DNA of 64,000 nucleotides, from the NCBI GenBank assembly GCA_030390025.1, contig CM059432.1:37264001-37328000 (forward strand). Direction: 5' to 3'. This DNA comes from Squalus acanthias (lineage: Eukaryota). Of the stretch, positions 24,010 through 35,222 are shown piece by piece (position 1 is the first letter of the stretch; each line of letters starts with the position of its first letter). The notes below the pieces were generated by a model. That model ran no database searches and was not told where the DNA came from. It saw only the letters and a program-made list of their open reading frames with translations. Made by a program: the position numbers and the translations under genes.

Positions 24010-27000
24010 GGGGGCGATTTTCTGAGTTCAACTTTCAGCTGGTGTGTAACCACAAGAAGGAGTTCTTGCATGTTTGCGCCAAGTTCTGTGGAAGTTGCCA
24101 TGACTCTTTCATCCTGCGGCACTCTAGTGTTCCTCCGCTTTTCAACCCACCAAACCAACTTAACGGATGGCTCCTTGGTGAAGAAGTGGCTAATGACGCT
24201 GATCAGGAGGCCAACTAACGACGCTGAAGAGTGCTACAACGCCAGCCACACTTCGACCAGGTCCATCATAGAGCAGATCATTGGGTTGTTGAAGATGCGC
24301 TGCCGTTGCCTTGACCGATCAGGCGGAACCCTGCAGTATACACCATACAGGGTCTCCAGAATGGTCGTGGTCTGCTGTACACTGCACAACATCGCACAGT
24401 GTCGTGACTTGCAGCTTCCTGATGAGCAAGAGGCTCAGTTCCAGCCCTCCTCAGATGAAGATGAGGAGGAGGAGGAGGAGGCTGAGGAGGAGGATCTGGA
24501 GGAGGAGGAGCAGGAGGAGGTCAGAGCGCCGGTGTATCGACCAACGGTAGCAGCAGCACGCAAGCACATGGCTGCCCGGGATGCAAGGGATGAACTTATC
24601 CTGGCCAGATTTGCATAGGTTGCCCAAGTTGGCACATGTCCTTGGCTCCATCCTAGGACATCATTGACAATGGGCATGACTCTCTGGCCTCCTTTGACTC
24701 AGGCCACCAACCTGACAACGCAAGTGTGGCGGACGCAGCAATGTGGAGCTGCCTAAGGTGAAAGAACAGATGCCATAACACCAACATTTTGGCTTCAAAT
24801 CCTTTTAATGCTTTCCAACATGAATGGCATTTCATCAATACACATAAACATTCTCCCAATCTGCACACAGATCTGGAGCTTATATCCCTTGCCAACTGTA
24901 CCCACAGAGGTTTCTTTGGCAGGCGTCTTCCTCCCAGATGAGTGGAAGAGCACCTCCATGCTAGCTGTCACCCCCTCAAACAACATTTGCAGCGCCTCAT
25001 CCGAGAGCCTCAGGGAGGCCCTTGCCTTGGAATTGGACATAGTGGTTTCTCAAAATATGTTGCAGGTGGTGCAGGATAGGCAGAAATCCTGTGGAATGAG
25101 CCAAGGGAGCAAGAAGCCATAAAATCAGACTGGAAAAGTGCTGTCAATGGAGGCGGGTTTCAGACCCAAAACACTAATTGACCAAGGGCATCCCACACCT
25201 CTGAAATCAAGTGGCCAATCATGGGAAAATCTCAATTTTTTGAAAACTATCAGTGGAAGCGGGTTTCAAACCCACCCAAACCGAAACCCGCCTCCATATC
25301 ACCTCCTCTTCTTAGGCAGTCCCTCGGAACCGAGGATGACTTGCTTCCACATTAAAAATGAGTTCTCAGGTGACTGATGAGCCTAATGCGGTACCTACAG
25401 TCTCTGTCACAGGTGGGGCAGACAATGGTTGAAGGGGTGGGTGAGTGGGGTGCTTGGGTTGACATGCGCTCCTTCCGCTGCTTGCGCTTGGCTTCCGCTT
25501 GCTCCCGGCGAAGAGACTCGAGATGTTCAATGCCTTCCCGGATGCTTCTCCTCCACTTTGTGCGGTCTTGGGCCAGAGATTCCCAGGTGTCAGTGGGGAT
25601 GTTGCACTTTTTCAAGGAGGCTTTGAGGGTATCCTTGAAGCGTTTCCTCTGCCCACCTGAGGCTCTCTTGCCCTGTCAGAGCTCCGAGTAGAGCGCTTGT
25701 ATCGGGCATGCGGACGATGTGACCCGTCCATCGGGGCTGATCGAGCATGGTCAAAGCTTCGATGCTGGGGATGTTGGCCTGAGCGAGAACACTGACGTTG
25801 GTGCGCCTATCCTGCCAATGGATTTGCAGGATCTTGCGGAGGCAACGTTGGTGGTACCTCTCCAGTGCTTTGAGGTGCCTGCTGTACATGGTCCATGTCT
25901 CTGAGGCATACAGCAGGGCGGGTATCACTGCTGCTCTGTAGACCATGAGCTTAGTGCTGGGTTTGAGGTCCTGGTCTTCAAACACTCTCTTCCTCAGGCG
26001 ACCGAAGGCTGCACTGGCACACTGAAGGCGGTGTTGGACTTCGTCATCGACATCTGCCCTTGTTGACAGTAGGCTCCCGAGGTATGGAAAGTGGTCCACG
26101 TTGTCCAAGGCCTTGTCGTGGATTTTGATAATCGGGGGGCAGTACTGTGTGGCGGGGGCAGGTTGGTCGAGGACCTTTGTCTTATGGATGTTTAGTCTAA
26201 GGCCCATGCTCTCGTACGCTTCGGTGAAGGTGTTGACGATGGTTTGGAGTTCGACCTCAGAGTGAGCGCAGACGCAAGCGTCGTTTGCATACTGTAATTC
26301 GACAACAGAGGATGGGACGACCTTGGATCTGGACTGGAGGCGACGGAGATTGAACAGTTTCCCGTTTGTTCTGTAAATTAGCTCCACTCCAGCGGGGAGC
26401 GTACTGAGGGTGAGATGTAGCATTGCAGCAAGGAAGATCAAGAAGAGCGTTGGTGCGATGACACAGCCTTGCTTGACCCCGGTCCGTACGTGAATTGGGT
26501 CTGTGGTGGAACCGTTGGTCAGGATTACAGCTTGCATTTCGTCATGAAGCAGGCGGAGGATGGTGACAAACTGTTGAGGAGCCGAATTTGAGGACACTCC
26601 ATAATTTCTCACGGTTGACAGTGTCGAAGGCCTTTGTGAGGTCAAAGAAGGCCATGTACAGCAGTTGGTGCTGTTCCCTGCATTTCTCTTGTAATTGACA
26701 CGCGGTGAAGATCATGTCCATTGTGCCCCTTAGTGGGCGGAATCCGCATTGCGACTCTGGGAGGAGCTCTTCGGCCACTGGGAGAAGACGATTGAGGAGG
26801 ATTCTTGCGATGACTTTCCCTGTGGCAGACAGCAGGGAAACTCCTGTAATTACCGCAATCGGACTTGTCACCTTTCTTGAAGATGGTCACAATTACGGCA
26901 TCTCTGAGATCCCCTGGCATGCTCTCCTCCTTCCAGATAAGAGAAATTAGTTCATGAATTCACACCAGTGCTTCTCCGCCATGCTTTAGTGCCTCGGCAG

Positions 27001-28234
27001 GGATTCCATCTGTTCCTGAGGCCTTGTTGTTCTTCAGTTGTCAGATGGCCTTTTCAACCTCATGCCAGGCTGGGGTTGTGCTGAGATGGTGGCGGGTAGC
27101 CTGCTGCGGGATGGAGTTGAGGACACTCACGTCGAAGACAGAGTCTCGGTTAAGGAGATCTTCGAAGTGCTCCTTCCAGCGGGCACTGACTGCCTCTCTG
27201 TCCTTGATGAGTACCTCTCCGTTCTTGGCCCGCAGTGGGGTGGGACCTTGGGTGCTTGGGCCGCAGATGGTCTTGACTGCGCTAAAGAATCCATGCACGT
27301 CGTGGTTGTCGGCTAGCTGCTGGATCTCCTGCGCTTTCTCCACCCACCATCTGTTCTTTAGGTCACGAGTTTTTTGTTGGACCTCGGCCTTCAGGCGTCT
27401 GTAGAGCTGCTTTCTTGCTCTTGAGTATTGTTGCTGTTTCCAGATCAGGAATGCCTTGCGCTTGTGGCTTATTAGCTCCTGGATCTCCTGGTCATTCTCG
27501 TCGAACCAGTCTTGGTGTTTCCTGGTCGAGTGACCGAGCGTCTCTTCACAGGTGCTGATTATGGAGGCTTTGAGTGCAGACCAGGCGCTGTGGACACTCT
27601 GTGTCTCTGCATCACTGGGAATCATTAGGTTGTTTGTGAGGCGCAGGCTGAATAGGGCTTTCTTAGCGGGGTCTTTGAGTGCTCCAGCGTTGATTTTCCT
27701 GCGGCATTGTTTCTGTTGCCGCCGCTGTTTTGGGGCTACATTGATGGAGATGTCAGAGTGGATTAGGCGGTGGTCTGTCCAGCAGTCGTCAGCTCCTGTC
27801 ATGGCTTGGGTGATGCGGACGTCCTTGCGGTCCCTCGCTCGGACGATGACGTAGTCCAGCAGATGCCAGTGCTTGGAGCGAGGGTGCTGCAATGAAGCCT
27901 TGTACTTGTCTCTCTGATGGAACAAGGTCTCCAGTGAGAAAATCGCCTCCAGTGGTTTCTCAAAATATGTTGCAGGTGGTGCAGCATAGGCAGAAATTCT
28001 GTGGAATGAGCCAAGGGAGCAAGAAGCCATAAAATCAGACTGGAAAAGTGCTGTCAACAGAGGCGGGTTTCAGTCCCAAAACAATAATTGTCCAAGGGCA
28101 TCCCACACCTCTGAAATCAAGTGGCCAATCATGGGAAAATCTCAATTTTTTGAAAACTATCAGTGGAGGCGGGTTTCAAACCCACCCAAACCGAAACCCG
28201 CCTCCATCTCGCCTCCAGTGGGAAAATCGCCCCC
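24010..28234. mobile_element. PIF/Harbinger transposon (internally deleted) with perfect TIRs and TTA TSD
   Basis: TIR GGGGGCGATTTTC (24010-24022) / GAAAATCGCCCCC (28222-28234) with TTA on both sides. Transposase C-terminus on + (~24170-24618), Myb/SANT N-terminus on - (24795-25040). Confidence 0.9.
25307..27928 (-). mobile_element. RTE-clade LINE, 5'-truncated
   Basis: HPRSKHWHLLDYVIVR, DDCWTDH, QCGFRP.RGT.DMIF, GVKQGCVIAPTLF and LQYANDA motifs; C-terminal CPTC..LISH..TH; tail ..GACTGCCTAAGAAGA. Confidence 0.9.
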
Positions 28235-29029
28235 TTAGACTTGAATGTAGGGGGTATGATTAAGAAGTTTGCAGATGATACTAAAATTGGCTGTGTGGTT
28301 GATAATGAAGAAGAAAGCTGCAGGAAGATATCAATGAACTGGTCAGGTTGGCAGGACAGTGGCAAATGGAATTCAATCCGGAGAAGTGTGAGGTAATGCA
28401 TTTGGGGAGGGCTAACAAGGCAAAGGAATACACATTAAATGGTAGGACACTGAGAAGTGTAGAGGAACAAAGGGACCTTGGAGTGCATGTCCACAGATTC
28501 CTGAAGTAGCAGGCCAGGTAGATAAGGTGGTTAAGAAGGCATACGGAATACTTTCCTTTATTAGCCGATGCATAGAATATAAGAGCAGGGAGGTTATGCT
28601 TGAACTGTATAAAACACTAGTTAGGCCACAGCTAGAGTACTGCGTGCAGTTCTGATCACCACATTACAGGAAGGATGTGAATGCACTAGAGAGGGTACAG
28701 AGGAGATTTACGAGGATGTTGCCTGGATTGGAGAATTTTAGCTACGAGGAAAGATTGGATAGGCTGGGTTTGTTTTCTTTGGAACAGAGGAGGCTGAGGG
28801 GAGACTTTATTGAGGTGTATAAAATTATGAGGGGCCTAGATAGAGTGGATAGGAAGGACCTATTTCCCTTAGCAGAGGGGTCAACAACCAGGGGGCATGG
28901 ATTTAAAGTAATTGGTCTGAGGTTTAGAGGGGATTTGAGGGGAAATTTCTTCACCCGGAGGGTGGTGGGCGTCTGGAACTCACTGCCTGAAAGGGTGGTA
29001 GAGGCAGAAACCCTCACCACATTTAAAAA

Positions 29030-29084
29030 TGAGAAGTCGCACAACACCAGGTTATAGTCCAACAGATTTATTTAATTTTTAATA
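29030..29084 (-). mobile_element. Penelope-like element terminal fragment (55 bp)
   Basis: TCGCACAACACCAGGTTATAGTCCAACAG is identical to the end at 45634; 11 bp TSD ACATTTAAAAA. Confidence 0.75.
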
Positions 29085-29398
29085 ACATTTAAAAAGTGCT
29101 TGAATGTGCACTTGAAGTGCCCTAACCTACAGGGCTACGGACCAAGAGCTGGAAAGTGGGATTTGGCTGGATAGCTCTTTGTCGGCCGGCACAGACACAA
29201 TGGCCTCCTTCCGTGCTGTAACTTTCTATGATTCTATGATTCACAGAGCAGCAAGAAGAGGTGTGAGTTCAGTGGTCAATCTTTTATGTGGTCCACAACC
29301 TTGACAGCGGCAGTCAGTACAACTGACTGCAGTTTTGGTATTGCTTCTGCAGCTAGTGCCTCCTTGTGTGCGTGACAGTGACACTATACTGGGAAGGT

Positions 29399-29826
29399 GA
29401 CAGTCGTGGCTCAGTGATAGTACTCTTGCTGAGTCAGAATATCGTCAGTTCAAGCCCTACTCCAGAGGCTTGAGCACATAATGCAGGTTGTTACCTCAGT
29501 GCAGTACTGAGGGAATGTCAGGGGTGCTGTCTTTCAGGTGTGACGTTAAACCAAGGCAGTGACTGCCCTGTTAGGTGGGTGTAAAATATCCCAAGGCACT
29601 ATTTGAAGGATAGCAGGGGAATTCCCTCAGCCTCTGGGCAAATATTTAGCCATCAACCAACATCAGTATAAAAATTATCTCATTGCTGTTTGTGGGAGCT
29701 TGCTGTGCGCAAATTGGCTGCCATGTTTCCTACATTACTTCAAAAGTACTTCATTGGCTGTAAAGCACTTTGGGACGTCCTGACGTTGTGAAAGGCGCTA
29801 TATAAATGCATGATCTGTCTTCTTTC
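29399..29826 (+). mobile_element. DeuSINE (SacSINE1-like)
   Basis: Same head, Deu core and tail as 17481-17932. Confidence 0.8.
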
Positions 29827-30207
29827 TGTACACTGCTTTCACCCCAGCAGCAAGTTGACCACTGCGTCCAGTCATGGCTTTTAACCCAACCGTGCAAATA
29901 TCAACACAACGATTCCGCTGCATATTTTTATCTGTCGTGTACCAGTCTAAAATTTGAACAACTCCTCACCATTGGTTCTCGTTGGGACAGAATGGCAAAA
30001 TATAAAGTTCTAGTTGATCTCAGATAAGCTGGTGCATCGAATGAATGCCATCCTTTGTGCTGCATTGAGGCAGTCGATACACTCCTCCATTTGTAGTACG
30101 AGAAAAGGCCTTTGCCTCACTGCTTCAACTATCTGCTCCTCAATCGCTCCTGCCCTATCAGCAATTCTGCAGCCAACCATGTTGTCAGATAGTGGGCTGG
30201 TCAGCTA

Positions 30208-30620
30208 AACCTTCATAAATCACTGGTTAGGCCTCAGCTGGAGTATTGTGTCCAATTCTGGGCACCACACTTTAGGAAGGATGTCAAGGTTTTAGAGAGG
30301 GTGCAGAGGAGATTTACTGGAATGGTACCAGGGATGAGGGACTTCAGTTACGTGGAGAGACTGGAGAACCTGGGATTGTTCTCCTTAAAGCAGAGAAGAT
30401 TAAGGGGAGATTTAATAGAGGTGTTCAAAATGATGAGGGGTTTTGATAGAATAAATAAGGAGAAGCTGTTTCCATTGGCAGGAGGGTCGATAACCAGAGG
30501 ACACAGATTTAAGATAATTGGCAAAAGAACCAGGGGGCAGATGAGGAGAATTTTTTTTTACACAGCGAATTGTTATGGTCTGAAATACACTGTCTGCACT
30601 GGTGGAAACAGATTCAATAA
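30208..30620 (+). mobile_element. CR1 LINE 3' fragment
   Basis: QRRFT..RRLRGDLIEVFK..TRGH motifs. Confidence 0.8.
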
Positions 30621-30850
30621 AGTCCCCACCATGTAAAACATCCACGTTTAAAACACAATAACCATTAGGCATTTGCATTAATGTAAATTTCAAAATCGTC
30701 GGTTATGGCGTCTTAAACACTCCGTTTATTTTGGGCAAGAACAGCTGTGCTTACTCACCTGTGATATTGTATGTGAAATACACATGAAAAACTGATGCAT
30801 GTTTTAAAAAATATATTTATATTCAACAAAAATAAAACTTCATACACAAT

Positions 30851-31312
30851 GGGCTGGATTTTCATAGACCCGTGGAGGCAGGTTTGGAGGCGTGTGGGGG
30901 GTTAAAATTGTGAAAAGTGGCGGGCGGACCCGATCCCGCCTCTATTCCGCCTCCACGCAATTTTGATGAAATTGTGTGCGGTGGTCCCGTCTCCGTCCCG
31001 CCTCCAAGAGGCGGGAGAGGCCATTAAAGCCCTTAACAAGCCCTAAATTGGCTCTGTAATGCCATTTTGAAACGTTTTAGCTAGTTTAACCCTTTTCCCA
31101 CGTGAAGCACGCCTGATCTGAAACACGCCAGTGAAACCTGGCGGGAGCACAAGTGGATTGCTGACTATCAGCTGCAGGTCCACTATTACAACGGAGATGT
31201 GATGAAGGTAGTAGTAGTATTAGGTCTGAAAGTCGCCTCTGATGCTGCTGCATTGAATGTCTTCAGAGACTGCCTGGCCTTTGCTGTGAGAGGACCTGGA
31301 TGCAAAAAAAAT

Positions 31313-31347
<35 letters not shown>

Positions 31348-31625
31348 GTCTCTCTCTCTCAGAGCTGATGCTCATTTTGCATCCAGGTCCTCTCACAGCA
31401 AAGGCCAGGCAGTCTCTGACCTGCAATGCAGCAACAATGATGACATCATCAGAGGCGACTTTCAGACTCAAACCTCTAATTGGTTCATGGGTTCCCACAT
31501 GCTGGAACTCAATTGCCCAATTAGGTGAAAATTGCATCAATCTCCCACATCCAATTGCAGTCGGGTGGATAACACGAAATGCGGATGACACGACCCCAAC
31601 CCGCCCCAGTATCAAAATCCAGCCC
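30851..31625. mobile_element. Harbinger-like MITE (775 bp) with 3 bp TSD
   Basis: TIR GGGCTGGATTTT / AAAATCCAGCCC; AAT on both sides. Confidence 0.8.
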
Positions 31626-32469
31626 AATATGTATTGGTTTTTAAACTGTTCATTGGGAGAAGCTAAACTCAGCACCAAAAACTGAAGGACAAATCAGGCA
31701 GTGTATTATCTCAGAGAGAAATTCTTGTAGCGCTCTTATAATCTGGTGTCTGTGTCCAGAGCTTTCTCGTAAAACTTCAATAAAGAATGAAGTGAATGAG
31801 GAAAGAATTCAATGGGATAGATTCTACATTCAGCGCATAATTGAACAGAGCTGGCAGGGCCGTGGGCACGCTGCAGGTGAGTGAAGGAGAGAAGTGGGGT
31901 CGTGCTGACTGGCTGTCTGGTGTCGGGTATCAGCAGCAGGCCCTAAAGTTGGCCAACACTGGGTCACTAATACGATCCACTGACTGTTATACCGGCCATC
32001 GTGTGTAACGGGCAAATTGCGTTCGCACAAATGCGTCTGCTATAAGTGGTGGGGGACTGTAGTAACATTCAAAATGGAACTGGATAATTACTTGAAAAGG
32101 ATAAATTTGCAGGGCTATGGGGAAAGAGTGGGGGAGTGGAACTAATTTGATTGCTCTTTCAAAGAGCCGGCAAAGGCACGATGGGCCGAATGACCTCCTT
32201 CTGTGCTGCAAGATTCTATGATTCTATGGTATGAGATAACATAGGATGCTTCAAGTGCTTCGGCAGGTGTAGTACTGCTTTCTTTGATTATCTTCATCTG
32301 TCCTTTCAACAACAACAAAACTTATAACGTCCCAAGGCCCTTCACAGATGTTAGGGCAGAAAGTTCGAATCAAACGGAGTTTGTGGCGTGAACTGAAGAC
32401 AATGACTTCGGTCTTCCCGATATTTAATTGGAGGAAATTTCTGCTCATCCAGTGCGGGATGTTGGACAA

Positions 32470-33402
32470 GCCTCCAACATAAGGTCAGAAATGAGGATGT
32501 TCGTTGATGACTGCACAGTGTTCAGTGCCATTCGCAACTCCTCAGAGAATGAAGCAGTCCATGCCCGCATGCAACAAGACCTGGACGACGTTCAGGCTTG
32601 GGCTGATAAGTGGCAGTTAACATTCGCGCCACAGAAGTGCCAGGCAATGACTATCTCCAACAAGTAGAGTCTAACCACTGCCCCTTGACATTCAACAGCA
32701 TTACCATCGCCGAATCCCCCACCATCAACATCCTGGGGGTCACCATTGACCAGAAAATTAACTGGACCAGCCACATAAATATTGTGGCAACAAGAGCAGG
32801 TCAGAGGCTAGGTATTCTGCGGCGAGTGTCTCACCTCCTGACTCCCCAAAGCTTTTCCACCATCTACAAGGCACAAGTCAGGAGTGTGATGGAATAATCT
32901 CCACTTGCCTGGATGAGTGCAGCTCCAACAACACTCAAGAAGCTTGACACCATCCAGGACAAAGCGGCCCGCTTGATTGGCGCCCCATCCACCACCTTAA
33001 ACATTCACTCCCTCCACCACCGGCGTACCTGGCTGCAGTGTGTACCATCTACAAGATGCACCGCAGCAACTTGCCAAGGCTTCTTCGACAGCACCTCCCA
33101 AACCCGCGACCTCTTCCACCTATAAGGACAAGGGCAGCAGGCGCATGGGAACACCACCACCTCCAAGTTCCCCTCCAAGTCACACATCATCCTGACTTAG
33201 AAATATATCGCTGATCCTTCATTGTCGCTGGGTCAAAATCCTGGAACTCCCTCCCTAAAAGCACAGTGGGAGTACCTTCACCACACGGACTGCAGCAGTT
33301 CAAGAAGGCGGCTCTTCACCACCTTCTCAAGGGCAATTAGGGATGGGCAATAAATGCTGGCCTTGCCAGCGACGCCAACATCTCATACGAATTTTAAAAA
33401 AA
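32470..33402 (+). mobile_element. LINE-B 3' portion inserted in an antisense L2-like fragment
   Basis: MFVDDCT, DQKINWTSH..GQRLGILRRV and family tail. Flanks carry the L2-like WMSRNFLQLNIGKTE motif (minus). Confidence 0.85.
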
Positions 33403-34167
33403 GCAGTCTGATAGTATAGAGACGGTGGAGGGTTCGAGAGAGGTGGAGGAGAGGTAGAGCTGGGTATCATCAGCGTACGTGTGAAAACTCACGCTATGTC
33501 GGCAGATTATGTCACCTAGCATGTAGATGAGAAATAGGAGTTGAAAGTCGAAAGAACTTTAATTTGAAAAAATCTTTGAGCGCAGGATGTTCGGCCACCA
33601 AATGGCGTTTTAGTTTGTTGGTTTCATGCTGTCGTGAGCAGGAACTTCAGCACAAACAACACACTGTGGTCGAGGGTTTTCATTAGAACCAGAAACGTGA
33701 AGCCCAAGTTCAAGTAGGAAGGATCGGTTTTCCTATTTTTCTTTTGCCCGATTCTACTTCTTCCTTCCCCGTGATCAATATCCTCAACTTTACGCCTCAA
33801 AAAACATCTGTCCCTTCACAATTATTGAACACCAATATCACGTCAGTTGTCTAGTGCGCGATATTAACAAACTATCGAATTAATGGTTTTGTTAACTTCA
33901 CACCACGGTGATTGTTTTATTAAAAGGGTAATTCTGAGGAATAAATGTCCACAGCAAATTTCAATTAAAAAAAATAAATCCGTGGCCACTTATCTCCTCA
34001 TTGGTATCTCTCCAAAAATTAATATTAAACCCTCTCCTTCACCCAGATAATTTCCGTGGAATTATTTTATGAAAGGAGTCGGCACGGGCTCGATGGGCTG
34101 AATGGCCTTCTTCCGTGCTGTAACCATTCTATGATTCTATGAGTTAATATTAGTATCAGAACACACT

Positions 34168-34310
34168 GTGGCCGGGAGATTCCTCTGATCTGCTCCCACT
34201 TCCCCCAGACTTTAGCTCACCGGCAGTGTGGGGGAAACCCTATTTTTACGGGTAAATGGGGTGTTCCGCCGAAGAGACAAGGGAGCAGATCAGAGGAAGT
34301 CCCCAGCCAC
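34168..34310. mobile_element. Small palindromic MITE-like element
   Basis: About 30 bp inverted ends with a perfect 18 bp core TTCCTCTGATCTGCTCCC / GGGAGCAGATCAGAGGAA. Confidence 0.6.
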
Positions 34311-35222
34311 CAAAGGCCTGCTTAAGGCCCCCCAATAACTGGGAACATCTGCATTAAGAATTTTGAACACTTGAATAATCTCTCTCTTGAGCCTGTTCCT
34401 CTCCAGAGTAAACAATCCCAGGTGCTTCACCCTCACCTCACGGTTCAGATGCCTTAAGCTCGGTATCAGTTTATCAGTTTGGTTACCCTTTTCTCCTATG
34501 CCTGGATCTCCTTGCTGTCATACGATGACCAGAATTGTACCCAGTGCTTCAGGTGTGGCTGTGCCAGTGCCTTCTACAGAGTCATCATCACCTTGTGGAA
34601 TTTGTGTTCTATCCCACTAGTTATACATCCCTAGAACATGGCCCAGAAGTGGCCTAAAATCACCTTTAAGAAACTGTGACTCTTACATGATCTCCCAACC
34701 GCAAGAACTTCCAGGTTTTCTGGGCATGGGTTGGACTTAATGTCCAGCGTGTCTGCTTGCTGGGAAGTCGTTCAGGGGACATCCTTGTGTCCTTTTACCT
34801 GTTTTAATGAGGCCTCACCTGCTTTAGATGGAAGCTTCGATCACCTGTGCCAGGCCCGACCAGAATCTTGAGCGGAACCGAAAATCTAGCGGAACTGGTG
34901 TTGAATTTTAAAAACCGTGTATCGTTTGCTTGAGTAGTTACAAAATCAGCTTTTGGTTCTGGTTACAACACTTTTATTCTTGCTTCAGCACACACAGTAG
35001 TTACGCAGACAGAGTAAAATTAAACGTAGGTATGCGCTCCTCACATTGTACCATCTATTGTTGGTGGACATAAGCTATTTATACATTGCCAATGTGGTTG
35101 TTGCGGAAAATCCTTTCTGTCTCTTATTGGTCCTTTTTTATTGCTACAGTGCCTTATAGAGCACTTTCCCTTTAGTGGTTTCCCTTCATGCCTGGACTTG
35201 CCTTTTCCTTTCTAGTCCCCTA

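Larger units (their letters stand above)
22215..29242 (+). mobile_element. CR1 LINE ORF2 (EN plus RT) split by Harbinger and Penelope-end insertions
   Basis: EN motifs GVYYRP, GDFNYP, SDHN; RT up to YINNL (24009) resumes DLNVGGMIKKFADDTK (28238); ends in (ATTCTATG)n. Confidence 0.92.
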
